Source: a bacterium (lineage in GTDB: Bacteria > Hinthialibacterota > Hinthialibacteria > Hinthialibacterales > Hinthialibacteraceae). From it: a DNA stretch of 44,888 bases. The notes below the pieces were generated by a model that was not told the origin of the DNA, ran no database searches, and saw only the letters and a list, made by a program, of their open reading frames with translations. A program made the translations under genes and the position numbers. Positions 27,589 through 37,445 of this stretch are shown piece by piece; position 1 is the stretch's first letter, and every line of letters starts with the position of its first letter. The DNA lies in contig JBHGBC010000029.1 of assembly GCA_041946805.1 (NCBI GenBank), positions 1 to 44,888 on the forward strand, in the 5' to 3' direction.

Positions 27589-29157
27589 ATGATCCCTTAT
27601 TTCCGCGTTTGTCTGCTGGGTATCTGTTGGGCCGCCGCGGTAACCGCCGGAGCCGAAAATATCGATCTACTTCAACGCTATCCCACCACGTTGACCGCCG
27701 GAGACACAAGCCGGGGCCGCCCGTGGACCTTTTCCGAAGACGACATTTTCGCGCTCTCCTCGTTCCAAGTGAAAATGGGATCCCAATTGGACATCGAACT
27801 GGGGACGGCGGATGTGGGCATCGGCCATTGCGGCGACGGGGCGGTCTGGGCGGCGGTGGTTCCCCGCACCGCGTCGAAGATTGTTTCTACCGCCGCGCCG
27901 AACGCCGAGCCGGTGGCCCATATCTGGCTGCGGTTCCATCCCCGGGATCTTTCCGTGTGGTTTCCCCCGGCGACCGTCACCGGGGCGGGGGATTCCGGCA
28001 AGGCCCTCGTGATGCTCCGCGTGGCCAACGCCAAGTTTGGCAACAGTTGGCACATGGGCCGAGACGCGATGATCCCGCCCCCGGGGTTTCTGACCGTGGA
28101 TCTGGACACGCAAAACGGATACCGGCGGTTCTTCAGCGTAGACCGCGGGGCGGGGACGGTGGAGTACGTGAAGGCGTTCGAGAACCGCCCGCTGCCCTCG
28201 GAACTGACACTCAAGCCCGGGGACGCGGAAATCCAATTCGATACCGTCTGGCAGGCGTATGACCGTGAATATCCGATGTTCATCCTGCGGCCCGAGGTGG
28301 ATTGGAAGCGGACGCGCGAGGAATTCCGTCCCCGGGCCGCCCAATGTAAAACCGCCCAGGAGCTGGCGGCTGTTTTCGCCGAGATGCTGCGCCCGTTGCG
28401 CGATTTGCATATCTGGATTTCCGTGGGGAACGAAAACGTTCCCGTGTATAGCCGGCCCCGGGAGCTCAACGCCAATCCCGCGGCCTGGCGAACGATCTTC
28501 GCGGAGGTTCCGCGCATGGGGAACCGCGTGGAATGGGCCCAAACCACCGAGGGGATCGGATTTATGGCCATTCACAGTTGGGACGATCCCCGGATTCCGG
28601 ACCAAGTGGACGCCGTGCTCGACAATCTCAAGGAGACGCGGGCGCTCATTGTGGATGTCCGCACCAACGGGGGCGGTGACGAGCCCATGGCCGGGAAAGT
28701 GGCCGGCCGCTTTCTCGAAAAGCCGGTGGTCTATTCATACAGCCGATACCGCAATGGCCCGAAACACGAGGATCTCACGGAAAAACTGCCCCGCGAGGTC
28801 CAGCCCCGCGGCCCCTGGCGCTACGAGCGTCCCGTGATTCTCCTGATCGGCCCCCGTTGCATGAGCAGCAACGAATCGTTCATCGCCATGATGGCCGAGG
28901 CCCCCAATGTCACCACCTGGGGGGAGCGGACGTGCGGATCCAGCGGCAATCCGCGGGAGATCGAACTGCCCATCCACATGAAGATCAGCCTGCCCCGCTG
29001 GATCGACATCCTCTCCAACGGCCAGCCGCTTGAGGAAGAGGGCATCCAGCCGGATGTTCCTTATAAACCTGAACCGGATTCGTTTACCGGTGAGCGGGAT
29101 GGATTATTGACCGCCGCCCTGGAGCATTTGCGGAAAACCGTGACGGCCAAGCCCTGA
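27589..29157 (+). CDS. Secreted S41 family peptidase with an unassigned N-terminal domain
   Basis: Signal peptide; LIVDVRTNGGG; CMSSNESF catalytic Ser motif; GERTCG; EEEGIQPD. Confidence 0.85.
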   Translation: MIPYFRVCLLGICWAAAVTAGAENIDLLQRYPTTLTAGDTSRGRPWTFSEDDIFALSSFQVKMGSQLDIELGTADVGIGHCGDGAVWAAVVPRTASKIVSTAAPNAEPVAHIWLRFHPRDLSVWFPPATVTGAGDSGKALVMLRVANAKFGNSWHMGRDAMIPPPGFLTVDLDTQNGYRRFFSVDRGAGTVEYVKAFENRPLPSELTLKPGDAEIQFDTVWQAYDREYPMFILRPEVDWKRTREEFRPRAAQCKTAQELAAVFAEMLRPLRDLHIWISVGNENVPVYSRPRELNANPAAWRTIFAEVPRMGNRVEWAQTTEGIGFMAIHSWDDPRIPDQVDAVLDNLKETRALIVDVRTNGGGDEPMAGKVAGRFLEKPVVYSYSRYRNGPKHEDLTEKLPREVQPRGPWRYERPVILLIGPRCMSSNESFIAMMAEAPNVTTWGERTCGSSGNPREIELPIHMKISLPRWIDILSNGQPLEEEGIQPDVPYKPEPDSFTGERDGLLTAALEHLRKTVTAKP

Positions 29158-29219
29158 ATCCGGGGGGGGGTGAACCTACGGGTGAGTTATGGGAAACATG
29201 GAGCGTATCGGAACCCTTC

Positions 29220-29783
29220 GGCTTGGCGGGAGCCTCGCCCTCCCGTTCTCAGACCAATTTTTTTGCCAGCCGAAGGATTGCCATTTCAGTACTATTTACC
29301 CTCACCCCGGCCCTCTTCCAGAGGGAGAGGGAGCCGGAAAGGGAGGTTGCGGGTTTGAAGGATTACGTGCAGACGCGCTTGGGTCTGTTGAGTTTTTCCA
29401 ACGTAGATCAAATTACCCAAACGGAACTGGTTAATCGATTGTACGAAAAGCCAATATGGCGCCCTTTCAGGGCTTCCCTCACCCTAACCCTCTTCCCGAG
29501 GGAGAGGGAATTGGTTATATTGGTCCCGACTATATCGCAGGGCTGAAGCCCTGGGCTAGTTTAGAAGCGCCATTGGCACTGGCACGGCCATCCCGCATTT
29601 CAATAACTCATTCATGACGAAAACTCAACAGAACCTAATCCATCCCCATCTACTTGTGGGTAAAGATCAGCCCGGGGGGAGAGGGAATTTGGGATCGCTT
29701 TCCCGAACCGGCCGGATTGAGAACGGGCCGCGTTTTCGGGAGACGCGTTTTCGGAAGAAATGTACGCCCTTGCCGGATGAAGC
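29220..29783 (+). repeat. Cluster of composite repeats (two full BoxC-like cores, one partial core, a family 2 module and a family 1 right TIR)
   Basis: Cores at 29299-29331, 29476-29508 and about 29670-29685; CAGGGCTGAAGCCCTGGGCT; GTACGCCCTTGCCGGATGAAGC at 29762-29783. Confidence 0.75.
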
Positions 29784-29880
29784 GTCATGGAGAGGCATGG
29801 GCAAGTGTTGTCCGGTCAAGACAAATCCAGAAACCACGTTATGATAGGAAGACTTTTAGAAAATCACAGGAGGCGGACCA

Positions 29881-31251
29881 ATGGTTTTATCTCGGGTGAA
29901 TTGGTGGACAACCTGCCGCGCGGGCGCGGCGCTGATCGCGTGCGTCCTGGCTTCGGCGGCCATGGCGGGAGAGCCGGAGGGGGCGTTGCGGCGGTACCTG
30001 GACCGGCCGGAGAGCGTGTACAAATGGACCCTCCAGAACGAGCAGGAAGCCAAGGGCGCCAAGGTGTACGATCTGCGGTTGGTGTCGCAGACCTGGCAGA
30101 ACATCGTGTGGACGCATCAGTTGCGGATCGTGGCGCCCGAAAAGCGCAATGAATCCGGCCTGGGGCTGCTGTTCATCACCGGGGGATCGAACAAGGACGG
30201 CGAACCGAATTGGAATACCCAATTGGATGGGGAAGTGGAACTGATCGGCCGGATCGCCACGCTCAGCGGATCCCCGATCGCCATCCTGCGGCAGGTGCCC
30301 AACCAGCCGCTCTATGACGGCAAGAATGAAGACGATCTCATTTCCCACACCTTTCTGCAATATTTCGACACCCGGGACGAGACCTGGCCCCTGTTGCTGC
30401 CCATGACGAAGAGCGCGGTGAAGGCCATGGACGCCATCCAGGAATTTGCACGGCGGGAATTGAATTGGGACATCAAGCAGTTTGTGGTGTCCGGCGGCTC
30501 GAAGCGGGGGTGGACGACCTGGCTGACGGGGGCCGGCGACAAGCGCGTGGCCGGCATCGCGCCCATGGTGATCGACACCTTGAACATGCAGAAACAAATG
30601 GATTACCAGTTGGCGAACTGGGGCGAGTACAGCGAGCAGATCGAGGATTACACGCGCAAGGGGATCCAGCAGCGCATGGACGATCCGGAGGGGAAGGACC
30701 TGCTGAAGATCGTGGATCCCTATTCGTATGTTTCCCAGTTGACGCTGCCCAAGATGCTGTTCATGGGGACCAACGATCCCTACTGGTCGGTGGATTCGGT
30801 CAAGTGGTATTGGGATGATTTGACCGGCGAAAAGAGCATCCATTATGTCCCGAACGTGGGGCATGGCCTGGGGGACGGCAAGCAGGCGATCAACAATCTG
30901 GCGCAATATTTCGGGACGTTCGTGAAGGGTGAAAAACGGCCGCAATTGTCTTGGTCGCACGCGATGAAAGACGGGAAGATCGTATTGCGCGCCGACGGCG
31001 GCGAGAGCGCCAAGCGGGCCACCTTCTGGTGGACCACGTCCAGCGATCTGGATTTCCGCAACAACCTGTGGCTCAGCATGAACTGCCGGGACCGGGAGGG
31101 TTCCGCCTTTACCGTTCAGGGCGATCTGCCCAAGAAGGGATACGCGGCGGTGTATCTGGAGGTCTTTTTCCCGGGGCCGCTGGGAGAGGATTATTCGGAG
31201 TGCACGAGGATCCACGTGGTGGACACGAAGGGCTTCATCGACGCGGACTGA
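29881..31251 (+). CDS. PqaA-like (PhoPQ-activated pathogenicity-related) alpha/beta hydrolase
   Basis: QVPNQPL, EDDLI, LLPMTKSAVKAMD, GGSKRGWTTW, VDPYSY, PNVGH. Confidence 0.88.
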   Translation: MVLSRVNWWTTCRAGAALIACVLASAAMAGEPEGALRRYLDRPESVYKWTLQNEQEAKGAKVYDLRLVSQTWQNIVWTHQLRIVAPEKRNESGLGLLFITGGSNKDGEPNWNTQLDGEVELIGRIATLSGSPIAILRQVPNQPLYDGKNEDDLISHTFLQYFDTRDETWPLLLPMTKSAVKAMDAIQEFARRELNWDIKQFVVSGGSKRGWTTWLTGAGDKRVAGIAPMVIDTLNMQKQMDYQLANWGEYSEQIEDYTRKGIQQRMDDPEGKDLLKIVDPYSYVSQLTLPKMLFMGTNDPYWSVDSVKWYWDDLTGEKSIHYVPNVGHGLGDGKQAINNLAQYFGTFVKGEKRPQLSWSHAMKDGKIVLRADGGESAKRATFWWTTSSDLDFRNNLWLSMNCRDREGSAFTVQGDLPKKGYAAVYLEVFFPGPLGEDYSECTRIHVVDTKGFIDAD

Positions 31252-31258
31252 GGTGGAA

Positions 31259-32023
31259 TCAGAAATCGTTTTCCCAGGTCCATAAATCGACGTAGACCGC
31301 GCAGGAGACGGAGGCGATCCGGTCCGCGTGGGCTGAGATCAATTCCCGGTTGGGATGCCGGGGATCGAGGTAAGGCCGGGCGGAAGGGATGATCCGTTCC
31401 TGATAGAATTCCTTCCCCCCGTGGAAGCCGTTCCAGGGGTGTTCCCGCTCGAATTCCTCGAAGTTCGCCTCAAAGATCACGGCGGGCTGCAAGTATAGTT
31501 GGACGGTTTTCTGGCGGGGATCGGCGGCGTCGAGTTCCCGCCAGGAGATCACTTCCCCCGCCAGACAGCGTGTAAGGAATTGGTATTCCACAGGATTCAT
31601 TTGAGCCTGCCGTAAAACCTGGATCTTCAGTCCGCTGATCCGCGCGATGCGGGGGACTTGGGTGGTCATGTTTTTGATGAGGGAGAAGGGTGTGACGGTC
31701 CGCATCGCGTGGGGATATTTAATGAAATCGAACAGGTATTCCAGTTCCCGGTCCGCGGCCAGGAGGATTTGATCGCGCGTGTTCAGAAACTCTTCGAGGC
31801 GTTCGGGGGAGATGACGCGGTCTTGGGGGGGCGAGAAGGGGTATTCGTCCCGCAAGGCGCGGGAGGCGGCGTCATAGTTTTTCAAATTGGTGATGAAACC
31901 CCTGTAATGCCGGTAGCCCCAAAACCCGGTGGTCAGGATTATAAACAGCGAAAGAAACACCAGGCCCAGACATCCACCGCAGCCATAGCGAATCCCGGGC
32001 GAACGCCATTTTGAATGGTTCAT
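31259..32023 (-). CDS. Hypothetical protein with a single N-terminal membrane anchor
   Basis: GCGGCLGLVFLSLFIIL hydrophobic segment; fills the gap between flanking genes. Confidence 0.6.
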   Translation of the reverse strand: MNHSKWRSPGIRYGCGGCLGLVFLSLFIILTTGFWGYRHYRGFITNLKNYDAASRALRDEYPFSPPQDRVISPERLEEFLNTRDQILLAADRELEYLFDFIKYPHAMRTVTPFSLIKNMTTQVPRIARISGLKIQVLRQAQMNPVEYQFLTRCLAGEVISWRELDAADPRQKTVQLYLQPAVIFEANFEEFEREHPWNGFHGGKEFYQERIIPSARPYLDPRHPNRELISAHADRIASVSCAVYVDLWTWENDF

Positions 32024-32278
32024 GTTCCGCGCACCTGCCGTGGACATTTTACGGCCTGTTTTTCGATGAATTCACATCCTATCTTCCGAAGAGGAACGGG
32101 GCTAGTTTGGGGAAGAGAGTAATTGATGGTTGTGATACGGGAATCAAGGGTGGAGACTAATTGTTGCGATTGAGTTCTTGATCGAATGGACCAAATCGTG
32201 TTATGGTTTATTGCGTCATGCAATGCTGTGATATTTTATCTCGCATGGTGTGGGTCAATCAATTGGGGAGGCAAGGTC

Positions 32279-32944
32279 ATGAGGAAAGCGTTTACGTTGA
32301 TCGAATTGTTGATTGTCGTGGCGATTATCGGCGTGCTGGCGGCCATCGCCGTGCCCAACTTTTTGAACGCGCAGATCCGCGCCAAGGTGTCGCGTTGCTG
32401 GTCGGACATGAAAGCCATGGACACCGCGGTGCGCATGTGCATGATGGATACCAACAACACTCCCGTCGACGGATGGGACGACGACACGGCGGAAGGGCGC
32501 AAGATTCTGAAGGAGGTGTTCAACGGGGTGGGGGATTTTCCCGAATCCGAGCGGAAAACCTCGCATTACCTGGCCGTATTGACCAGTCCCATCGCCTACA
32601 TGTCCTCTGTCCCCATCGATCCCTTCATCGGCAAGAATTCGCTGGAAACGGAGCGGGGATTCGGCAGCCCCTTCGACACGTACATCTATGCCGACCAGGA
32701 TCCAAAAATCCCCGGAGATGACCAAGGCATTCAGGTCCTGAGTTCACCCTTGGCCGAACAATTCGGCCTTCATCCCTTGAAGGACAACGAATGGGCTTTT
32801 GTAGGATTGGGGCCGGACGGGGTTTCGGGCATCGGGACCGGCGCCGGCGCGTATAACACCCGGGGATTTCCCTACAACTCCTCGAATGGTCTGGTCAGCC
32901 GCGGGGATGTGGTGTTGACCAGCGGCGGAGTCATTGGGCAATAG
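32279..32944 (+). CDS. Prepilin-type N-terminal cleavage/methylation domain protein
   Basis: MRKAFTLIELLIVVAIIGVLAAIAVPNF; RBS GGAGG. Confidence 0.9.
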   Translation: MRKAFTLIELLIVVAIIGVLAAIAVPNFLNAQIRAKVSRCWSDMKAMDTAVRMCMMDTNNTPVDGWDDDTAEGRKILKEVFNGVGDFPESERKTSHYLAVLTSPIAYMSSVPIDPFIGKNSLETERGFGSPFDTYIYADQDPKIPGDDQGIQVLSSPLAEQFGLHPLKDNEWAFVGLGPDGVSGIGTGAGAYNTRGFPYNSSNGLVSRGDVVLTSGGVIGQ

Positions 32945-33040
32945 GGAGAGGGGTTGGATGCGTTGTAGGTTTTTGGGGTGCGTTATATACGGGAAAATGG
33001 TAACTCATCCGTTCTACGAAGCGGGCAGAGGTATAAAAAA

Positions 33041-33073
33041 CCCTCACCCTGATCCTCTCCCAGAGGGAGAGGG
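33041..33073 (+). repeat. BoxC-like core between convergent genes
   Basis: CCCTCACCCTGATCCTCTCCCAGAGGGAGAGGG. Confidence 0.8.
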
Positions 33074-33159
33074 AATTGGTGCATCCCACCCGTGAGTCTG
33101 TATAGAGGCAGAAAAGGCTGTCTATAAAGAGTCAATTTTGCCTGATGAAACTTATGTGA

Positions 33160-34353
33160 TTAATCCTTGAGAATCCGCCGTTCGATTTGACGGCGGATTT
33201 TTTTACGTTCTTGCCACCGTTCTTGGCCCAGGCGGACCAGTTCGGTGAGCAGCTGGGTAAAGGGGACCGGGGGTTCGGCTTTTTCCCAGAGGTAGTACGA
33301 GAAGGAGCCGGGGAGAATGTTGACCTCGTTGAAATAGACTTTGTTACCGGTTTTATCGACGAGGAAATCGAAGCGGACCAGGCCGCGGCAATCCAATCCG
33401 GAGAAGGCCTTTTGGGAATGGGCGCGGACTTGGGCCTTGATCTCTTCCGGCACATCGGAGGGATTCAAATCGCGTTGCATGGAGGCCATGCCGGCGCTGC
33501 CGGAGGCGGAGACTTTTTTGTTGCCCTTCAGGTATTTTTGTTCAAAGGTCAACAATTTTTCCTCGCTTTTGGGGCGTTCGATGGCGGAGACACGGGGCGG
33601 TTGGCCTTCCAGGACCGAGATGTTCAGTTCGTACATTTCCTCCAGCAACGGCTCGACAATGACCTGGTAATCGAACACGAACGCCCCGGCGATGGAGACC
33701 ATCAGCTGTTCCTCGGTGCGCGCGCTGGAAATGCCGATGCTGGAGCCCAGGTTGCACGGCTTGACCATCAGGGGGAGCGAGAAATTCCGCAGGATTTCCG
33801 CGGTGGTTTCGTGGGCTTTTTCGGCGTCCCAATCACGGCGGTCGAGCAGAACGCCCGGCAGCACGGGGATGCCCTGGGAGGAGAGGGTCTGCTTGGCCGT
33901 GTGCTTGTTCATGCCGAAGGCCGCCGCGCGGGGGCCGCAGCCGGTGTAGGCCGCGCCGATGAATTCCAAGAAGCCCTGGATGCAGCCATCCTCGCCGAAG
34001 GTCCCGTGAAAAGCGGGAAAGAAGACATCGACGGGAAAGCGGCGCGGTGTGGATTTGCGGAACCAGCCGCGCGGCCGGGCGTCGACTTCGATCAATTCGG
34101 TCACCAGGTCGCTGGTGAGCCGCACCCGGCAGAGCTTATCCTTCAACGCATCGAAATGGATGTAGTTGTTCCGTTCACGCAGTTCCGGGCCGGTGTACCA
34201 GAAGCCCTCCGGATCCACATAGACAGGAAGGGTTTCGAAGCGCGTGGAATCGAACGCGTCGAGCACTTGCAGTCCGGTGATGATGCTGATCTCGTGTTCG
34301 GTGGACCGTCCGCCGAAGAGGACCGCCACCCGCGTTTTGGAGGATTCGTTCAT
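33160..34353 (-). CDS. ddl: D-alanine--D-alanine ligase family protein
   Basis: FGGRSTEHEIS, HGTFGEDG, KPCNLGSSIG, NEVNILPG. Confidence 0.9.
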   Translation of the reverse strand: MNESSKTRVAVLFGGRSTEHEISIITGLQVLDAFDSTRFETLPVYVDPEGFWYTGPELRERNNYIHFDALKDKLCRVRLTSDLVTELIEVDARPRGWFRKSTPRRFPVDVFFPAFHGTFGEDGCIQGFLEFIGAAYTGCGPRAAAFGMNKHTAKQTLSSQGIPVLPGVLLDRRDWDAEKAHETTAEILRNFSLPLMVKPCNLGSSIGISSARTEEQLMVSIAGAFVFDYQVIVEPLLEEMYELNISVLEGQPPRVSAIERPKSEEKLLTFEQKYLKGNKKVSASGSAGMASMQRDLNPSDVPEEIKAQVRAHSQKAFSGLDCRGLVRFDFLVDKTGNKVYFNEVNILPGSFSYYLWEKAEPPVPFTQLLTELVRLGQERWQERKKIRRQIERRILKD

Positions 34354-34453
34354 GGTTGGACTCCTGATGCGGATTTCTCCTTCGTAGGCATCAACCGTTT
34401 GCCACTATGCAATTGATTGCAGAACAAGGATAACTTTTGCCTCTTCCGAGCTA

Positions 34454-34496
34454 CCCTCACCCTGGCCCTCTCCCACCCTCACCCAGAGGGAGAGGG
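34454..34496 (+). repeat. BoxC-like core with an internal duplication, between murF and ddl
   Basis: CCCTCACCCTGGCCCTCTCCCACCCTCACCCAGAGGGAGAGGG. Confidence 0.8.
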
Positions 34497-34545
34497 AATC
34501 GTGATGTGTTTCCAGCCATATTCATACCGCGAAATCAGCACAGAG

Positions 34546-36279
34546 TCAGTTCTGCGTTCGGGAAAAAGTGTTATCCGTTTCCCCCCCGAAGAGCGTGAAG
34601 GCGGAGGGTTCTTCATAGAGATCGGGGAGATCGTTCTCGAAGAGCACCACGTCGCCCGGACGCAATTCGGTTTGGAGCCAGTTGCGCGCATCGCCCAAGG
34701 TATTGAATTCGCAAAGATTGTCCCGGGGGAAGCCCTTTTCGAGAAGTCCGGAGACAAAAGACGGAATACGGCCGGGGGCCACCAGGGCGATGCGGTCGCA
34801 CGCCAGCGCCGCCAGGGGCGCGAGTTGGCGGTGGGCGCTTTCCGATTCGGAACCGAGTTCCACCATGCCGGGAGTGACGAGGAATTTCCGGCCGCCCGGG
34901 AGCGACTGCAAAACCTGGAGGGCGCTCGCGAAGCCAATGGGATTGGAGTTGTAGGCGTCGTCGATGGTGGTAATACCGTCCGTTCCCCGCTGCACCACGA
35001 GGCGGTGACTGATGGGGGGGACCGTCTGCAAGGCGGCCACGGCGGTGAGGGGTGGAACGCCCATCAAGATCCCAGCCAGGAAAGCGCCGGCGGCGTTGAG
35101 GGCCTGGGGCGCGCCGTGCAATGGCAGATCGAACGTGTAGGTTTTTTCATTGTATTCCAGCACGCAATGGGAGCCGGTTGCAGTGGATTCATCCTGGACG
35201 AGGCGGCAGTCCAGTGGGCCGGCCTCCGCGTTGCGCCCGTAGAAATAGGCTTTGGCTTGAATCCCGGAGGCCATGGCGCGGACATGGGGATTATCGCCGT
35301 TCAGGATGGCGAAGCCATCGGGGGGCAGCGCGCGGGGGAGTTCGGATTTGGCCCGGGCCACGGTTTCGATGGTTTTGAAGCGTTCCATGTGCGCAACACC
35401 CACGGCGGTGACGATGGCCGTTTTCGGGGGTGTCAGGCCGCAGAGTTTTTGGATGGAGCCGATGCCGTACGCGCCCATCTCGACGATGAAAAAGGCGTGC
35501 TCCGGCTTCAGGCGTTCGCGGATGATGCGGGTGATGCCCATCAGCGTGTTGACGCTTCCCGGTGTCGCGAGCGAGGGCGCGTGCATGGCGAGGATATGAT
35601 CCAGAATATGCTTGGTGGAGGTTTTGCCGTAACTGCCGGTGATGCCGATGATATGCGGTTTGACGCGGGCGAGGATTTCGCGCGCCTCGTTGAGGTACCG
35701 CTGTTGAATCCGGGACTCCACGGGAATCAGGATCCAGTTGGCCGCCACCAGGAATAGAGGAATCGCGAACAAGGCGGCGGCGAATGACAAGAGGGTGAGA
35801 GAGAATATCCAGCCTGGCATTACGTCCGTGAAAATGGAGGAAATCCAGAAGCAGACTGTCTCTCCGGGGAACGCCGCGGTTTGCAGGAGCAGGCAAACCG
35901 TGAAGATGCGCTTGGCGCGGGCGGTCATGACCAGCGCTTTTTTCACGTTGCGGGATTTATTGCTGAGCCCGGCGAGGGCCAGCAGCGCGGCCATGATGCC
36001 GGCCGCGATCAACAAGCGGGAGTCTTCGGGTGGCGGTAGAGGCAAGGTCAAGCGGGGATGGACGAGTAACGCGAGCCCCAAAACAAGAGCAAGCAGGGTG
36101 GCCCGCTTTTCAAACGAGCGGGACCGCATCCACCAACGCAGAAAGCGCCGGTTGTCGTATTCTTCTTGCTGAAAATAATGGAGAAAGCGGATGGTGATCC
36201 GCCACGCCGCCGGGACATATCCCCCGAGGAACAGCAAAAAGAGCGCCAGAGGCAGCAGGGAGTGAGAGGAGACGTTCAT
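34546..36279 (-). CDS. murF: MurF-like ligase with an N-terminal multi-pass membrane domain
   Basis: IGITGSYGKTSTK, VEMGA, DDAYNSNP, TPGMVELG, ENDLPD; about 4-5 N-terminal TM helices. Confidence 0.85.
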   Translation of the reverse strand: MNVSSHSLLPLALFLLFLGGYVPAAWRITIRFLHYFQQEEYDNRRFLRWWMRSRSFEKRATLLALVLGLALLVHPRLTLPLPPPEDSRLLIAAGIMAALLALAGLSNKSRNVKKALVMTARAKRIFTVCLLLQTAAFPGETVCFWISSIFTDVMPGWIFSLTLLSFAAALFAIPLFLVAANWILIPVESRIQQRYLNEAREILARVKPHIIGITGSYGKTSTKHILDHILAMHAPSLATPGSVNTLMGITRIIRERLKPEHAFFIVEMGAYGIGSIQKLCGLTPPKTAIVTAVGVAHMERFKTIETVARAKSELPRALPPDGFAILNGDNPHVRAMASGIQAKAYFYGRNAEAGPLDCRLVQDESTATGSHCVLEYNEKTYTFDLPLHGAPQALNAAGAFLAGILMGVPPLTAVAALQTVPPISHRLVVQRGTDGITTIDDAYNSNPIGFASALQVLQSLPGGRKFLVTPGMVELGSESESAHRQLAPLAALACDRIALVAPGRIPSFVSGLLEKGFPRDNLCEFNTLGDARNWLQTELRPGDVVLFENDLPDLYEEPSAFTLFGGETDNTFSRTQN

Positions 36280-37094
36280 GAAACCGGTTTTTCCAAGTTC
36301 TCATTAAAAAATAGCCGGATCAGGTGATTGACCTGATGGCGGCCGCGGGTCAGGATCGTGTAATGATCAAATCCTGGCAATAAAACCAGCCGGGCGTAGG
36401 GCAGTAACGTTTGCATGCGCCGTCCCAAGCCGGGTGGGGTTTCCCGGTCGTCTTCCCCCCAGATCAGCAAAGCCGGTTTCCGGATCGCGGGGAGCAAGGG
36501 GCCGAGATCCTCGTTGACCACCTTGACGAAGATGGGGCGCATGGCTCCGGCTTGCAGATAATCCCGGGAGGCGATGCGGCTATACAACGATTCCTTGACC
36601 GCCTGACCGGATCGGCCCGGAAGGATTTTCTCTGACAACCGCGCCAAACCGCGGATCGTACCGACACGCAGTTTCCGGCGGAAGGGAATCGCGCGCTTGA
36701 GGCCCGCCGAGGCGATGAGCACCATTCCCCGCACGCGGTCCGGCCATTCATGAGCCAGGCGGATCGCGATCCGTCCCCCGAACGAATGGCCCACTAGCAC
36801 GCACGGCCCGGTGGCGAGTTGATCCAGCATTTCACAGACCATGACGGCGAATTCGCGTGTGCCCCAGACCTCCGGAGGAAAACCGGACTGGCCGAAGCCG
36901 GGAAAATCGGGCGCGATCAGCCGCCCCTGGCCGTTTAAGGTTTCCATGAGCGGTAAAAAGGTGGAGGAATCGACTCCCCAGCCATGCAGAAACAGCCAGG
37001 GAACGCCGGTTCCCTGGTCCAGGACATGGACGTGGAGTTGGTGTCCGCCCAACGCGAGAGTGAGACCAGGGAGTTGGCCCGCGGATGGATTCAT
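36276..37094 (-). CDS. Alpha/beta hydrolase, translationally coupled to murF
   Basis: LHGWG, DFPGFG, GHSFGG nucleophile elbow; 4-bp ATGA overlap with murF. Confidence 0.88.
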   Translation of the reverse strand: MNPSAGQLPGLTLALGGHQLHVHVLDQGTGVPWLFLHGWGVDSSTFLPLMETLNGQGRLIAPDFPGFGQSGFPPEVWGTREFAVMVCEMLDQLATGPCVLVGHSFGGRIAIRLAHEWPDRVRGMVLIASAGLKRAIPFRRKLRVGTIRGLARLSEKILPGRSGQAVKESLYSRIASRDYLQAGAMRPIFVKVVNEDLGPLLPAIRKPALLIWGEDDRETPPGLGRRMQTLLPYARLVLLPGFDHYTILTRGRHQVNHLIRLFFNENLEKPVS

Positions 37095-37215
37095 GCCAAG
37101 CCCTCAACCGTGTTCCGACACGGAATCATGGAAATCCAAAACCTAAGGTGAGTTTATCACGGGCTGGATTTATTCCGAATCCCGGGAAGATTCACTTGGT
37201 CTCATTTTGGGTTAT

Positions 37216-37445
37216 GGTTCATCCGGGATGGCGTTCTGATGTTGAAAAAGGGATTCCAATCCCTTGATAATAATAGGGGCGGACACGAAGGTCCGCCCCT
37301 ACATAAAATCTCTCACCCTGGTCCTCTCCCGGGGGGAGAGGGAATTCAAGGCCATGGCTGTGACCCTCCCAGGGCTAAAGCCCTGGGCTAGTATAAACGC
37401 TCCGTTGGCGCTCATAAACTGTTCTGCAAACCAGTAAATAGTTAC
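37216..37445 (+). mobile_element. Chimeric MITE (family 1 left half + family 2 right half)
   Basis: Starts GGTTCATCCGGGA; GTAG REP; core at 37310-37342; then CCCAGGGCTAAAGCCCTGGG..CCGTTGGCGCT..GTAAATAGTTAC. Confidence 0.7.

Noticed and set aside
27047..27600. Genomic island integrated at tRNA-Glu
   Set aside because: No integrase and no duplicated tRNA 3' end found in the window.
33041..33073. BoxC-like hairpins as intrinsic terminators
   Set aside because: No consistent U-tract, and orientation does not follow transcription direction.
29887..35757. ORFs 29887..31215(-), 33187..34416(+) and 34417..35757(+)
   Set aside because: Opposite the well-supported pqaA-like, ddl and murF genes; one runs through repeat DNA.
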